Below are positions 55,892-63,507 of a stretch of DNA of 64,000 bases, in pieces. The notes beneath the pieces were generated by a model. It had not been told where the DNA came from and made no database searches. It saw nothing but the letters and a program-made list of their open reading frames with translations. The position numbers and the translations under genes were made by a program. This DNA is from Gammaproteobacteria bacterium. GTDB lineage: Bacteria > Pseudomonadota > Gammaproteobacteria > Eutrophobiales > Eutrophobiaceae. Position 1 is the stretch's first letter; each line of letters opens with the position of its first letter. The stretch covers positions 288,001 through 352,000 of the forward strand of contig CBDEUK010000002.1 in NCBI GenBank assembly GCA_965243205.1, written 5' to 3'.

Positions 55892-56094
55892 AGTGCCTGC
55901 TCCGTAAATCGTTCTTTAAATGGCTCTCTTGTAGCCCCAATCGTCACATTGACCGAGGACGTATTCCCTTCAGATAACGCGGTCGATGGCGCAGCATCAC
56001 CGCCCAAAATACCTTCGAATGGACTTTTTCCATCGCCAACAAACGGCACGCCCGAGCCACCTGACACCCCGGACAACGCACTAAAAAAACCCAT
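55828..56094 (-). CDS. Small phage membrane protein
   Basis: G/S-rich, C-terminal ALWLIGGYMIA plus KKRR; TAATG coupling. Confidence 0.65.
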   Translation of the reverse strand: MGFFSALSGVSGGSGVPFVGDGKSPFEGILGGDAAPSTALSEGNTSSVNVTIGATREPFKERFTEQALWLIGGYMIAKTLLKKRRSSS

Positions 56095-56252
56095 TAATCA
56101 AATACCTCGTTCACCAACATGCCGGCCGCAAAACCGACAGCGGCTAATAAATACGGCTGGTCAGTAACGGCGGCTTTGGCTTTTTCAACCGTTCCGCGTG
56201 ACTGAAAACCGGTGTAAAGACTGGCTGCGCCGACAATTAGTAACAGCGGCAT
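56094..56252 (-). CDS. 52-aa membrane protein (not in ORF track)
   Basis: MPLLLIVGAASLYTGF...YLLAAVGFAAGMLVNEVFD; TGATG and TAATG overlaps at both ends. Confidence 0.75.
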   Translation of the reverse strand: MPLLLIVGAASLYTGFQSRGTVEKAKAAVTDQPYLLAAVGFAAGMLVNEVFD

Positions 56253-56530
56253 CAATCGTCATCCATCACCATCAAAAACAAGAACGCGACCGCTCCATAG
56301 AGCAATGCATCGTTGTTTGAATTGGTGGTTTGTTGTGGGGCTGACTGAGTGACAAAAACCGTTTCCGGCCCCGGTGCGTGCAACGTGTCAAACGGTTGCG
56401 GCGCGCCGAGTTTTTCACGGATTTTAAACCCTAAGCCCTCGGTTACTGCTGGCTTGATACCTTCCAGTACATCACCAAACCAGCCCGAGACTCCCGGGCC
56501 AGTTGGTACGAATGAATCGAACGCGTTCAT
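56252..56530 (-). CDS. PM2 P3-like membrane protein
   Basis: Directly after the capsid gene; C-terminal TM ALLYGAVAFLFLMVM; GAGG RBS. Confidence 0.65.
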   Translation of the reverse strand: MNAFDSFVPTGPGVSGWFGDVLEGIKPAVTEGLGFKIREKLGAPQPFDTLHAPGPETVFVTQSAPQQTTNSNNDALLYGAVAFLFLMVMDDD

Positions 56531-56566
56531 AACATTACCTCGCTAATTAACGTATTTTGGTAATGA

Positions 56567-57544
56567 TTAAATACGGTCTGAAGAACCGCCGATAATCTCT
56601 TGTACGATAATCTCCGCTTGGTGATTCGCGCCGCCGTTCACATCCATGAACAGGTCGTATGCTGCGACCTCGGATAACTCGTGACCATGACCCGGCATCG
56701 AGCGCGGTGCTAAATCGATGAAGTACACACCCGTCCGAGGCGTTGCGATTTCATGGTTCATTGAATAACGAGCCTGATTCATTGCGCCCGTTTCCTTGAA
56801 TCGGACTTCTGAATCGGTCTCAACAATCAAGCTGTTGATGATGTCGTTCGCACGAACACCGTTGTCACGAGCAATGACCATTGCCGACATCACCATGCGA
56901 TTTTCGCCTGACAATAAGTCGACTTTTAATCGGTCATTGGTGTTGTTGATGTTGACTAAAATGGTACGTTCACGATGCAACGCGTAGTTGTTTTGTAAAC
57001 TGTTATTACGCACTAAGTCATGACTCATGACTTCAATGGTCGGCTCGACAGTCCAACTTAAAACAGTTGTTCCCGCTGGCGTTACTAAGTCGCTCGCATC
57101 GCCCCAATCCACGTTTAGAGTAAAACTGGTTACTCCGCCCTCGCGTGTCGCATCAAGCAATGTTGCATCTTGAGCGGCTCCGGCTTCAGGCATCCACAAC
57201 GGGATAGAGAAATACGCCTCAAATGGACGGTCACCTGTCGCAGTTCCCGGCGCGACGTTGTACGGCACAACACGGCCGCGACGAATATTTAATTCTTTGA
57301 GCGCCTTACCCGATAACGTTTTGACTGGTACGTTACCGTTGACCATGATTTCTAAATTTTTAATCAAGCTGAACGGCGCGTCTTCCAATACTGCGGTTGC
57401 CGCCGCCGTACCGATATTTAACGTACCTGATAATCGACAGTGAATTTCACGATACACGCGACCTTCATGCAGATTGATAAAACCCTGTGCATTTTGAGCG
57501 TAATTCAAAATGTCTTGAGAACGACGATAAGCAGTAATACCCAT
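56567..57544 (-). CDS. Double jelly-roll major capsid protein (PM2 P2-like)
   Basis: INLHEGRVYREIHCRLSG, LIKNLEIMVNG, YFIDL, QAEIIV align with PM2 P2 segments as recalled; all-beta; follows the ATPase. Confidence 0.8.
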   Translation of the reverse strand: MGITAYRRSQDILNYAQNAQGFINLHEGRVYREIHCRLSGTLNIGTAAATAVLEDAPFSLIKNLEIMVNGNVPVKTLSGKALKELNIRRGRVVPYNVAPGTATGDRPFEAYFSIPLWMPEAGAAQDATLLDATREGGVTSFTLNVDWGDASDLVTPAGTTVLSWTVEPTIEVMSHDLVRNNSLQNNYALHRERTILVNINNTNDRLKVDLLSGENRMVMSAMVIARDNGVRANDIINSLIVETDSEVRFKETGAMNQARYSMNHEIATPRTGVYFIDLAPRSMPGHGHELSEVAAYDLFMDVNGGANHQAEIIVQEIIGGSSDRI

Positions 57545-57569
57545 GATAAACCCTCTAAAAGTTAATAAT

Positions 57570-57593
57570 AAAAAACCGGGTAGGAACCCGGTT
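57570..57593 (-). terminator. Terminator-like hairpin just upstream of the capsid RBS
   Basis: Minus strand AACCGGG-TTCCTA-CCCGGTT-TTTTATT. Confidence 0.55.
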
Positions 57594-57599
57594 CATTCA

Positions 57600-57719
57600 C
57601 TAGCCGTTAACAATGCGGCGCAGTGGTGGCACTCGATTGATGATTGCTAATGTGATGGCAGTCATTACAACGCCGTTAACGATTTGATTAGCAGTCGGCA
57701 ATTTCACACTTGTAGCCAT
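57600..57719 (-). CDS. 39-aa membrane protein, PM2 P7-like by position (not in ORF track)
   Basis: MATSVKLPTANQIVNGVVMTAITLAIINRVPPLRRIVNG; GGGAG RBS. Confidence 0.75.
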   Translation of the reverse strand: MATSVKLPTANQIVNGVVMTAITLAIINRVPPLRRIVNG

Positions 57720-57815
57720 GAGTCGGTCTCCCGTTCGTTAAAAAAAATTACACGGCAATCATGGTCGTTACATAACCTCATTCAAGTGCTATTACGTATA
57801 CGTAAAAAGAAATTT

Positions 57816-58454
57816 TTACGGGCCTTTTAATTCGGCTTTTTGCATGCCATCGCCAAAGAAAAAGTACTGGTACGGCTGTAGTTCAACCAACTCTTTTGCC
57901 GTAACACCGGGCAAGGTTTTCGCGATGCGATTGGCATCCTCTTCGTACGTAAGACCGAATGACGTTATGTGCGATGCGTTCGATAAAAAGGTTTTATCAA
58001 CACCCGTCGGACGCTGTGATGTCCCCATGATAATCAAGCCATGTTGACGGCCAGTTGATACTAACTTTTCCCATTCAGGAATGGCGTAACCCGGCTCACT
58101 TACCATCTGAATTTCTTCAACGACACACATCAATGGGCCGCCATGTTTAGCGACTTCGTACGCGGTATCGCAAAAGACACCGAATTGCATTAAACGATGT
58201 TTTTGGCTGGCTTGGTTCGGGCGAAAGGCTTTACTGAACGGCTTGTCATACACGCTCGTTAAGTGACTGACCAATTTATCGCAACTGTCCGTCGAATCTA
58301 AATCGAACTCATGTTTGAAATCCCACACCATCAACCGAGTCGGCTTTAGTTCAGCGATGTCGTTTAATAGTTTGGTGGTTTTACCCATGCCGGTGCGACC
58401 GAAGTACGCCCGGACATTGGCTTTATGGATGTTATTATTTACGTTTACTTGCAT
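57816..58454 (-). CDS. FtsK-HerA/A32-like genome packaging ATPase (PM2 P9-like)
   Basis: Walker A GRTGMGKT, Walker B CVVEE, GRQHG, SQRPTGVDK; ATG 58454 with GGAG RBS preferred over 58562. Confidence 0.88.
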   Translation of the reverse strand: MQVNVNNNIHKANVRAYFGRTGMGKTTKLLNDIAELKPTRLMVWDFKHEFDLDSTDSCDKLVSHLTSVYDKPFSKAFRPNQASQKHRLMQFGVFCDTAYEVAKHGGPLMCVVEEIQMVSEPGYAIPEWEKLVSTGRQHGLIIMGTSQRPTGVDKTFLSNASHITSFGLTYEEDANRIAKTLPGVTAKELVELQPYQYFFFGDGMQKAELKGP

Positions 58455-59091
58455 GTGTACTTTTCTCCGCTTCCGCCCATGATGGTGCGTTAATCTCCGC
58501 CTCTTTGAATGCGGCTGGTTTTTCAGATTGTTGACTGGAATTGCTCTCGACTGGCTGACCATCTTCAGGCCATAGCACGGTTACTGTTGCTAGTAACAGT
58601 GGCCCAAAAAATAACGCGGCCGACATTTCATCGGATACTTTGCTGAGTGATTGAGCACTGTTACCGAATAAGGCTTTGAAATACGGCTTTTCCATGATGG
58701 GCGCTAATTTACTCGCACCCTCTTGGATGATGTCCGGCGTATAGATAGCCGCCATTTGTGGGTACTGCATCGACAGCGCAGCCACGACCGTTTCTATCAA
58801 TACCTTTGCGGCTTTACGGTTTTCTTCGAGTGCATCCTCTGGCGTGATGACCGTACCTTCAAGACCCGGTACACCACCGCCCTCTTGATTCGATTCAACC
58901 TGTGCCGCTCTCGCTTTTAAGTTTGCGAACGGGTCAGCGGTTCCACCATGTCCCGGTTCGGTCGAGCTCTGACTCGTCGTTTGGTTCTGGCTCTGGTTCT
59001 GGGTCTGACTCTGGCTCTGTTGGCTCGACCGGGTCGAGGTTTTCTTCTTCGATTTCTTCTTCGTGACTTTCGTCTGGGTCTGGTTTTCCAT
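58435..59091 (-). CDS. Phage protein with low-complexity N-terminus and a TM near the C-terminus
   Basis: 218-aa ORF filling the gap before the ATPase; TM AALFFGPLLLATVTVLW; start uncertain. Confidence 0.65.
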   Translation of the reverse strand: MENQTQTKVTKKKSKKKTSTRSSQQSQSQTQNQSQNQTTSQSSTEPGHGGTADPFANLKARAAQVESNQEGGGVPGLEGTVITPEDALEENRKAAKVLIETVVAALSMQYPQMAAIYTPDIIQEGASKLAPIMEKPYFKALFGNSAQSLSKVSDEMSAALFFGPLLLATVTVLWPEDGQPVESNSSQQSEKPAAFKEAEINAPSWAEAEKSTHASKRK

Positions 59092-59275
59092 CGTCTATAG
59101 GTCTCATACGTTGTCGGATTAATTGGTCGGATTTATTGGAACGGGCGAAGTGCTGAGAGCCACACGCGCCGCATGTATACGTGGCCCACTTACGTTTTGA
59201 CGATTGCTTTACGATGCATTCCGCGCCACAGTTAGGGCAATCGATTCGCCCGATGACATTCGTCGGCTCAGTCAT
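58934..59275 (-). CDS. Zinc-ribbon protein, putative late transcription activator
   Basis: CPNCG...CGACG; GAGG RBS; acidic tail; position like PM2 P14. Confidence 0.65.
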   Translation of the reverse strand: MTEPTNVIGRIDCPNCGAECIVKQSSKRKWATYTCGACGSQHFARSNKSDQLIRQRMRPIDDGKPDPDESHEEEIEEENLDPVEPTEPESDPEPEPEPNDESELDRTGTWWNR

Positions 59276-59426
59276 TTTTAAGCACCTCTCTGAGTAGTAT
59301 TACCAGCTCCAACATCAACGGAATCGCACGTTGTTGAGCAAACAACATGCGGGAACCTACCGATTCATTGGCTTTGGTTAATTCGGCTTGAATAGCCTGT
59401 AATTGTTGGTCGATATCAGGGTTCAA
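59268..59426 (-). CDS. 52-aa helical protein (not in ORF track)
   Basis: GGAGG RBS, TTG start overlapping the Rep stop; [21 protein letters not shown]...LLREVLKND. Confidence 0.65.
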   Translation of the reverse strand: MNPDIDQQLQAIQAELTKANESVGSRMLFAQQRAIPLMLELVILLREVLKND

Positions 59427-61027
59427 AGTGTTACCTCCGGCGGGGGTTGTGATAATTCGTGAAAATTTACGGGGGTAGCGGGTAATTCCCGCGTACAGTT
59501 ATTGACAGGACTCCAAGGGGCGTTTTGTTTTGAATCTCGTACAACACGCCACTCATGGAGTCTGGTTAAGATCACGTCAATGTTATCGGTCACGCCGTAA
59601 ACGATGTCACCTATCGGCTCACCATAACGACCCGGTTCGTCCGACCATGATTTACATACGTGAATTTTCAGATTTTTACGTTGTGTAACAGGGCCACCTT
59701 GTGCACGTACGTAATCAGCCCAGTTACCCACATCAGCGGCATAGCGTACGCGTTCAATCGATTCGGAATCGACTTCGTTACGTAAACGACGAAGTTCACG
59801 CCACACCCCAACAGGTGGGCCGCCGATTTGCTGGAACTGTCGTATACCCCACGCACTCGCCCACGCTCGGACGAGTGCAGCGGCTTTTATGTCAGCATCT
59901 TCGAGGCCTTCCCCGTCGATGTTCTTTGAAATGTACTTTGCAATGTAGGCGGTCGCCGACCCTTTGGACGGGTCGATTTCCTCAATTTTTAATCGGTGCT
60001 CTTTGGCCCCGGGTTCGTTTGGGGTGTCCTTAATGGCATGATGGAATAGAACGTCTTGAACGTCGGCACGTTGTTCATTAGGCATGAATAGCAACATATG
60101 CCAGTGGGGGCAGCCATCGTGATGCGGCTCAGCGATTCTAAATCCGAAAACTGGTAAGCCTTGACGATGTAACTTTGCTCGGACTCGCGACCACACACCG
60201 CACAGATATTGCTGTGAGTCTCGTGGTGTTGCGCCGTTGTAGTTCGGGTTTTCATTTCCTGTTTTCGATAGCCTTGCATGAAACCGTGACGGACACGTTA
60301 ACGTATAAAAATCGGCAACGTATCCCATGTCATTCGCTATTGTTTCAAACCCAGATAATCGACACATCAATTCGTTACGTCTTAGTGCCGGGTTCGATAC
60401 TGATAGCTCCTGCAACTCTGACAACGTGTATTCCTGACCGCTGTCATTGATTGCTATCATAGACTCTAAAAACGCTTTATTCCTTTGTATCGCTAATTGA
60501 ACTCGCTCAACTGTGCCATGACTCACATACTTGCTAGCCTTACAATGCACCATGCCGTTATCAATCGCGGCCGACTCTTGCCGTCTGGTTAAATCTTTTC
60601 GTAACTTACGTGTCCACCAATCAATGCATCGAAGCCGCGCCAATCTCGCATCCATTGGCAGGGTATCGCGAGGCGGTTGAATACCTGAACGCAACGCCAC
60701 CTGTTCACAGCTGCTAATATCATTACCGTACAACTTCACGCGCCCCACTCTATCGACAGCGAACGCACGCACGTCATCGTCCTTTGAATCAAGCCCTAAA
60801 CGGTCGCTTGCATAATTCGTTTCAATGTCTAAGAGGTAATGATTCGCTTTTTGTGACGAGACACTTTCATGTATTTTTTTATACGTTCCAGCGATAACAT
60901 CGCGTAAATCATCGGCTAATTTTGTGAAGATACGTCGACGAAATAACTTGTTGTCACGACCGACCCTATCATCTGGAAAACCCGCAAATATTAGCGGGTC
61001 ATCGATTAACAGCTCGGCTCTAGCCAT
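59423..61027 (-). CDS. P2 gpA-like rolling-circle replication endonuclease (HUH)
   Basis: [34 protein letters not shown] (two Tyr), [24 protein letters not shown]. Confidence 0.95.
   Translation of the reverse strand: MARAELLIDDPLIFAGFPDDRVGRDNKLFRRRIFTKLADDLRDVIAGTYKKIHESVSSQKANHYLLDIETNYASDRLGLDSKDDDVRAFAVDRVGRVKLYGNDISSCEQVALRSGIQPPRDTLPMDARLARLRCIDWWTRKLRKDLTRRQESAAIDNGMVHCKASKYVSHGTVERVQLAIQRNKAFLESMIAINDSGQEYTLSELQELSVSNPALRRNELMCRLSGFETIANDMGYVADFYTLTCPSRFHARLSKTGNENPNYNGATPRDSQQYLCGVWSRVRAKLHRQGLPVFGFRIAEPHHDGCPHWHMLLFMPNEQRADVQDVLFHHAIKDTPNEPGAKEHRLKIEEIDPSKGSATAYIAKYISKNIDGEGLEDADIKAAALVRAWASAWGIRQFQQIGGPPVGVWRELRRLRNEVDSESIERVRYAADVGNWADYVRAQGGPVTQRKNLKIHVCKSWSDEPGRYGEPIGDIVYGVTDNIDVILTRLHEWRVVRDSKQNAPWSPVNNCTRELPATPVNFHELSQPPPEVTL
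59495..59522 (-). other. Putative rolling-circle nick origin inside rep
   Basis: CGCCCCTTG^GAGTCCTGTCAATAACTGT resembles the P2 ori (CTCG^GAGTCCTGTCAA) as recalled. Confidence 0.65.
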
Positions 61028-61176
61028 ACGACTTCATCGCCTTCAACTTCGGTAATTTCCAATTCATCGGCATTCACATCACAAAGAAAATGCTCAACGA
61101 TTAACGGTGAATCGAGCCGCTCAGGACACAAGTCAATGACTCGGTCGAGGGCCGACCTAAACTCACGCAACGTCAT
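61006..61176 (-). CDS. 56-aa acidic hypothetical protein (not in ORF track)
   Basis: [21 protein letters not shown]...WLEPSC; GAGG upstream; overlaps both neighbours. Confidence 0.55.
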   Translation of the reverse strand: MTLREFRSALDRVIDLCPERLDSPLIVEHFLCDVNADELEITEVEGDEVVWLEPSC

Positions 61177-61357
61177 CCATCACCTCGAACACCTCGTCCA
61201 CTCGCTCAACTGTCATGCGATGGTAGTTACCTTGGATACCGAATAAAGTGGGTTGAAATACGACTATGGAAATGGGTTTGATATGGTCTCGGATACCGAC
61301 AATCATCGCCGTCATTAACGGCTCTGTTCGGCCCTTCAATCGTGTGCCTACGTGCAT
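61163..61357 (-). CDS. Phage hypothetical protein, first gene of the leftward operon
   Basis: GAGGA RBS; 64 aa. Confidence 0.6.
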   Translation of the reverse strand: MHVGTRLKGRTEPLMTAMIVGIRDHIKPISIVVFQPTLFGIQGNYHRMTVERVDEVFEVMDDVA

Positions 61358-61443
61358 CGAAATTTCCTCATATTGATTAATTTTTTATCGGAACTCGAAA
61401 CAAGGAGGAGGCCCGAGAGCTAATCGGGCCAAAAATTTCGATG

Positions 61444-61507
61444 TTCCAGCAATACCAGATAAGCGGAGATTTTGGGGAATCAGCACAACATCTAGTGGTT
61501 GCTGGAA
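61444..61507 (-). ncRNA. Putative antisense leader hairpin targeting the repressor RBS
   Basis: TTCCAGCAA/TTGCTGGAA-closed hairpin with a CCCCAA loop; contains TTGTGCTGATTCCCC, complementary to 61602-61616. Confidence 0.55.
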
Positions 61508-61511
61508 AAAC

Positions 61512-61540
61512 AGAATAGCTAAGTCACGCTTAACTAGCAA
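61512..61540 (-). promoter_or_regulatory. Leftward (lytic) sigma70 promoter
   Basis: TTGCTA-N17-TATTCT; overlapped by the palindrome CAAGTC-T-GACTTG (61538-61550). Confidence 0.6.
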
Positions 61541-61615
61541 GTCTGACTTGAACTTCAATTGCTTACAAACATCAATTACACTTGACTATAACAACAATTA
61601 AGGGGAATCAGCACA

Positions 61616-61993
61616 ATGAACACAATTGAAACATTGGACGCCATAAGTCGTTGTAATAACAACTGTACTGACTACAGAATTGCAAAAATGATGGGTGTTT
61701 CCACCTCTAGGGTCTCTAACTGGCGAAATGGCAAGAATTCTATGGATGATGAAGCCCGAATCGCCGCCGCAAAGTTACTAAACCAAGACCCAGAAACACA
61801 ACTAGTTTATGGACAGATGGAACGGACAAAATGTCCAGAGGTGAAGTCCGCATGGATGAATTTAATCGAACGTTCAAAGGTCGCCGGTTTCATTCTAGCC
61901 CTATTTTTAACCTTTGGAATGACATTCACTAATTTTGAAGGTGCAACGGTTGCAGCAGCAGAAAGCGCGAACGGTGTATATTATGTTAAATAA
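61616..61993 (+). CDS. HTH repressor (DUF3693/inovirus-type) with TM tail, ending inside attR
   Basis: TDYRIAKMMGVSTSRVSNWRNG HTH; ER..CPEVKSAW; TM VAGFILALFLTFGMTF; divergent from rep. Confidence 0.85.
   Translation: MNTIETLDAISRCNNNCTDYRIAKMMGVSTSRVSNWRNGKNSMDDEARIAAAKLLNQDPETQLVYGQMERTKCPEVKSAWMNLIERSKVAGFILALFLTFGMTFTNFEGATVAAAESANGVYYVK
61964..61991 (+). other. attR: dif-like site with a degenerate XerC arm
   Basis: AGCGCGAACGG-TGTATA-TTATGTTAAAT. Confidence 0.9.
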
Positions 61994-62040
61994 CGTTATT
62001 ATATTCTCATCTATTAATGCTTTTAACGTATCTATTTATT

Positions 62041-63384
62041 TTATATGAGGTATTTTTTACGCTTACGCCAGAGCGTTGTTCTACTCATTCCTAAAATTTC
62101 GGCTGCTAATTCCAGATTTCCATCTGAATCCAACAAAGCTTGTTGGATCTTTTTCTTTTCTGTTTTTAAGCCTGAGTATGTATTTAATGATTGTTCGGCG
62201 TGTCCAGTATTAAGAAATTCAGGTGGCAAGCACTGTAAATTCATAACATCTGATTGACTTACTGCATTGGCATATTCAACAACATTACGTAATTCACGTA
62301 TGTTTCCTGGCCACGGATAATTGAGTAATACACGCATTGCTTCCGGTGCAATATCGTTAATTTTTGCCTCTCCTCTTAGTTTCAGGTCACTTATAAAGTG
62401 ATGAAGTAATAAAGAAATATCCATTGTTCTTTCTCGAAGTGGCGGTATAAATAATGGGACGACACGTAAACGATACATTAAATCTTCACGAAATTTACCT
62501 TCCTTAACACGCTTACGTAATGATTGATGAGTTGCAGCAAGTATTCGTATATCTACTTTTTTTACAGTTTCACCTCCAACAGGAATCAATTCTCGTTCTT
62601 GAATAACACGTAATAATTTAGCTTGCAGATCCATTGGTATTTCAGCGACTTCATCTAGGAACAATGTGCCTCCATCGGCCCTTTCAATAATCCCTGTGTG
62701 ATTACGTATTGCATCAGTAAATGCGCCTTTAACATGACCGAATAACTCACTTTCTAATACTGAGGAGCTAAGCGAGGCACAATTAATTGCCATAAACGGT
62801 TTACCTGAACGTAAACTTTCTGCATGCAGAGCTTTAGCGACTAATTCTTTGCCGGTTCCTGATTCTCCACGTATCAATACACTTACATCAGTTTTTGCAA
62901 TATTAGATATCAGTTTAAAGCTCTCTTGCATCGTTGCATCGACTGAGAGTAATCCATGAAAGGTTTTTTGTCCGGCCAGATTCTTTTCTACTTTTTGCTC
63001 AATTTCAGAGTTATCTGGAATAAGAACTTCTAAGCCTCCATCAAATTCACCATGAGTATTTCGATAAGCAATGGCATATTTTCTAACAGGAACAATATGC
63101 CCATCAGAATGATATAGTTTGATTGCATAACCATTGATTTGACCGTGTTGATCGATACCACAACCTGCGACGCATTGCTGGCATCGATTACCTGCCAGAC
63201 AGCTTTGCCCTATTAGGTCAGATGATTTATAACCCAATACTTTTTCAGCGCCTTCACTCCAGTATGTGATATGGCGATTTTTATCTACTGAGAACACGGC
63301 CGCAGTAGGAAAAAGCATCGCAAGTTGTTCTAAAGCTGTTTTATCCAATGATTTACTCTTTCTATTTGTTTCATTATGTTTCAA
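62041..63384 (-). CDS. PAS-domain sigma54-dependent activator (start uncertain)
   Basis: GESGTGKE, ESELFGH.KGAFTDA, LFLDEV, WPGNIREL, Fis HTH; Cys cluster in the PAS domain. Confidence 0.95.
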   Translation of the reverse strand: MKHNETNRKSKSLDKTALEQLAMLFPTAAVFSVDKNRHITYWSEGAEKVLGYKSSDLIGQSCLAGNRCQQCVAGCGIDQHGQINGYAIKLYHSDGHIVPVRKYAIAYRNTHGEFDGGLEVLIPDNSEIEQKVEKNLAGQKTFHGLLSVDATMQESFKLISNIAKTDVSVLIRGESGTGKELVAKALHAESLRSGKPFMAINCASLSSSVLESELFGHVKGAFTDAIRNHTGIIERADGGTLFLDEVAEIPMDLQAKLLRVIQERELIPVGGETVKKVDIRILAATHQSLRKRVKEGKFREDLMYRLRVVPLFIPPLRERTMDISLLLHHFISDLKLRGEAKINDIAPEAMRVLLNYPWPGNIRELRNVVEYANAVSQSDVMNLQCLPPEFLNTGHAEQSLNTYSGLKTEKKKIQQALLDSDGNLELAAEILGMSRTTLWRKRKKYLI

Positions 63385-63441
63385 TTAAAAATAATTGAAA
63401 CATAATGAAACAAATATTGAAACAAATATTGAAACAAATAA
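63363..63441. repeat. 25-bp perfect inverted repeat plus three 12-bp tandem repeats (TGAAACA array)
   Basis: TATTTGTTTCATTATGTTTCAATTA-AAAA-TAATTGAAACATAATGAAACAAATA; TGAAACAAATAT/A x3 at 63406-63441. Confidence 0.9.
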
Positions 63442-63507
63442 TAATAATATATTTTAAGGTGTTTTATAACCTCATGTTTTTATTAAAAATTTTATTAAAT
63501 AAATAGT

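Larger units (their letters stand above)
51108..61991. mobile_element. Tailless PM2/corticovirus-like prophage integrated at dif (10,867-bp unit)
   Basis: 17-bp direct repeat TGTATATTATGTTAAAT at 51108-51124 and 61975-61991; visibly higher GC; Rep, ATPase, DJR capsid, lysis genes; no integrase. Confidence 0.92.

Noticed and set aside
52143-57443. Many + strand ORFs antisense to the phage structural operon
   Set aside because: No coherent RBS or motifs; explained as shadow ORFs of the higher-GC coding strand
58455-58562. 36-aa N-terminal extension of the ATPase in the ORF track
   Set aside because: Deep overlap with the upstream gene; better RBS at ATG 58454
59423-61027. P2-like tailed prophage remnant
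   Set aside because: Only Rep is P2-like; no integrase, terminase, portal or tail genes, and both att ends are intact
51108-61991. Filamentous (inovirus) prophage
   Set aside because: The dif site, repressor and DUF3653 fit, but the ATPase is a short soluble A32-type protein without the Zot/pI TM tail, and a 325-aa beta-rich capsid and lysis genes are present
61900-61991. CTX-type fold-back attP (second inverted dif-like site)
   Set aside because: No convincing inverted XerD arm (ATTTAACATAA) near either junction; TTTTAACC near 61905 is too weak
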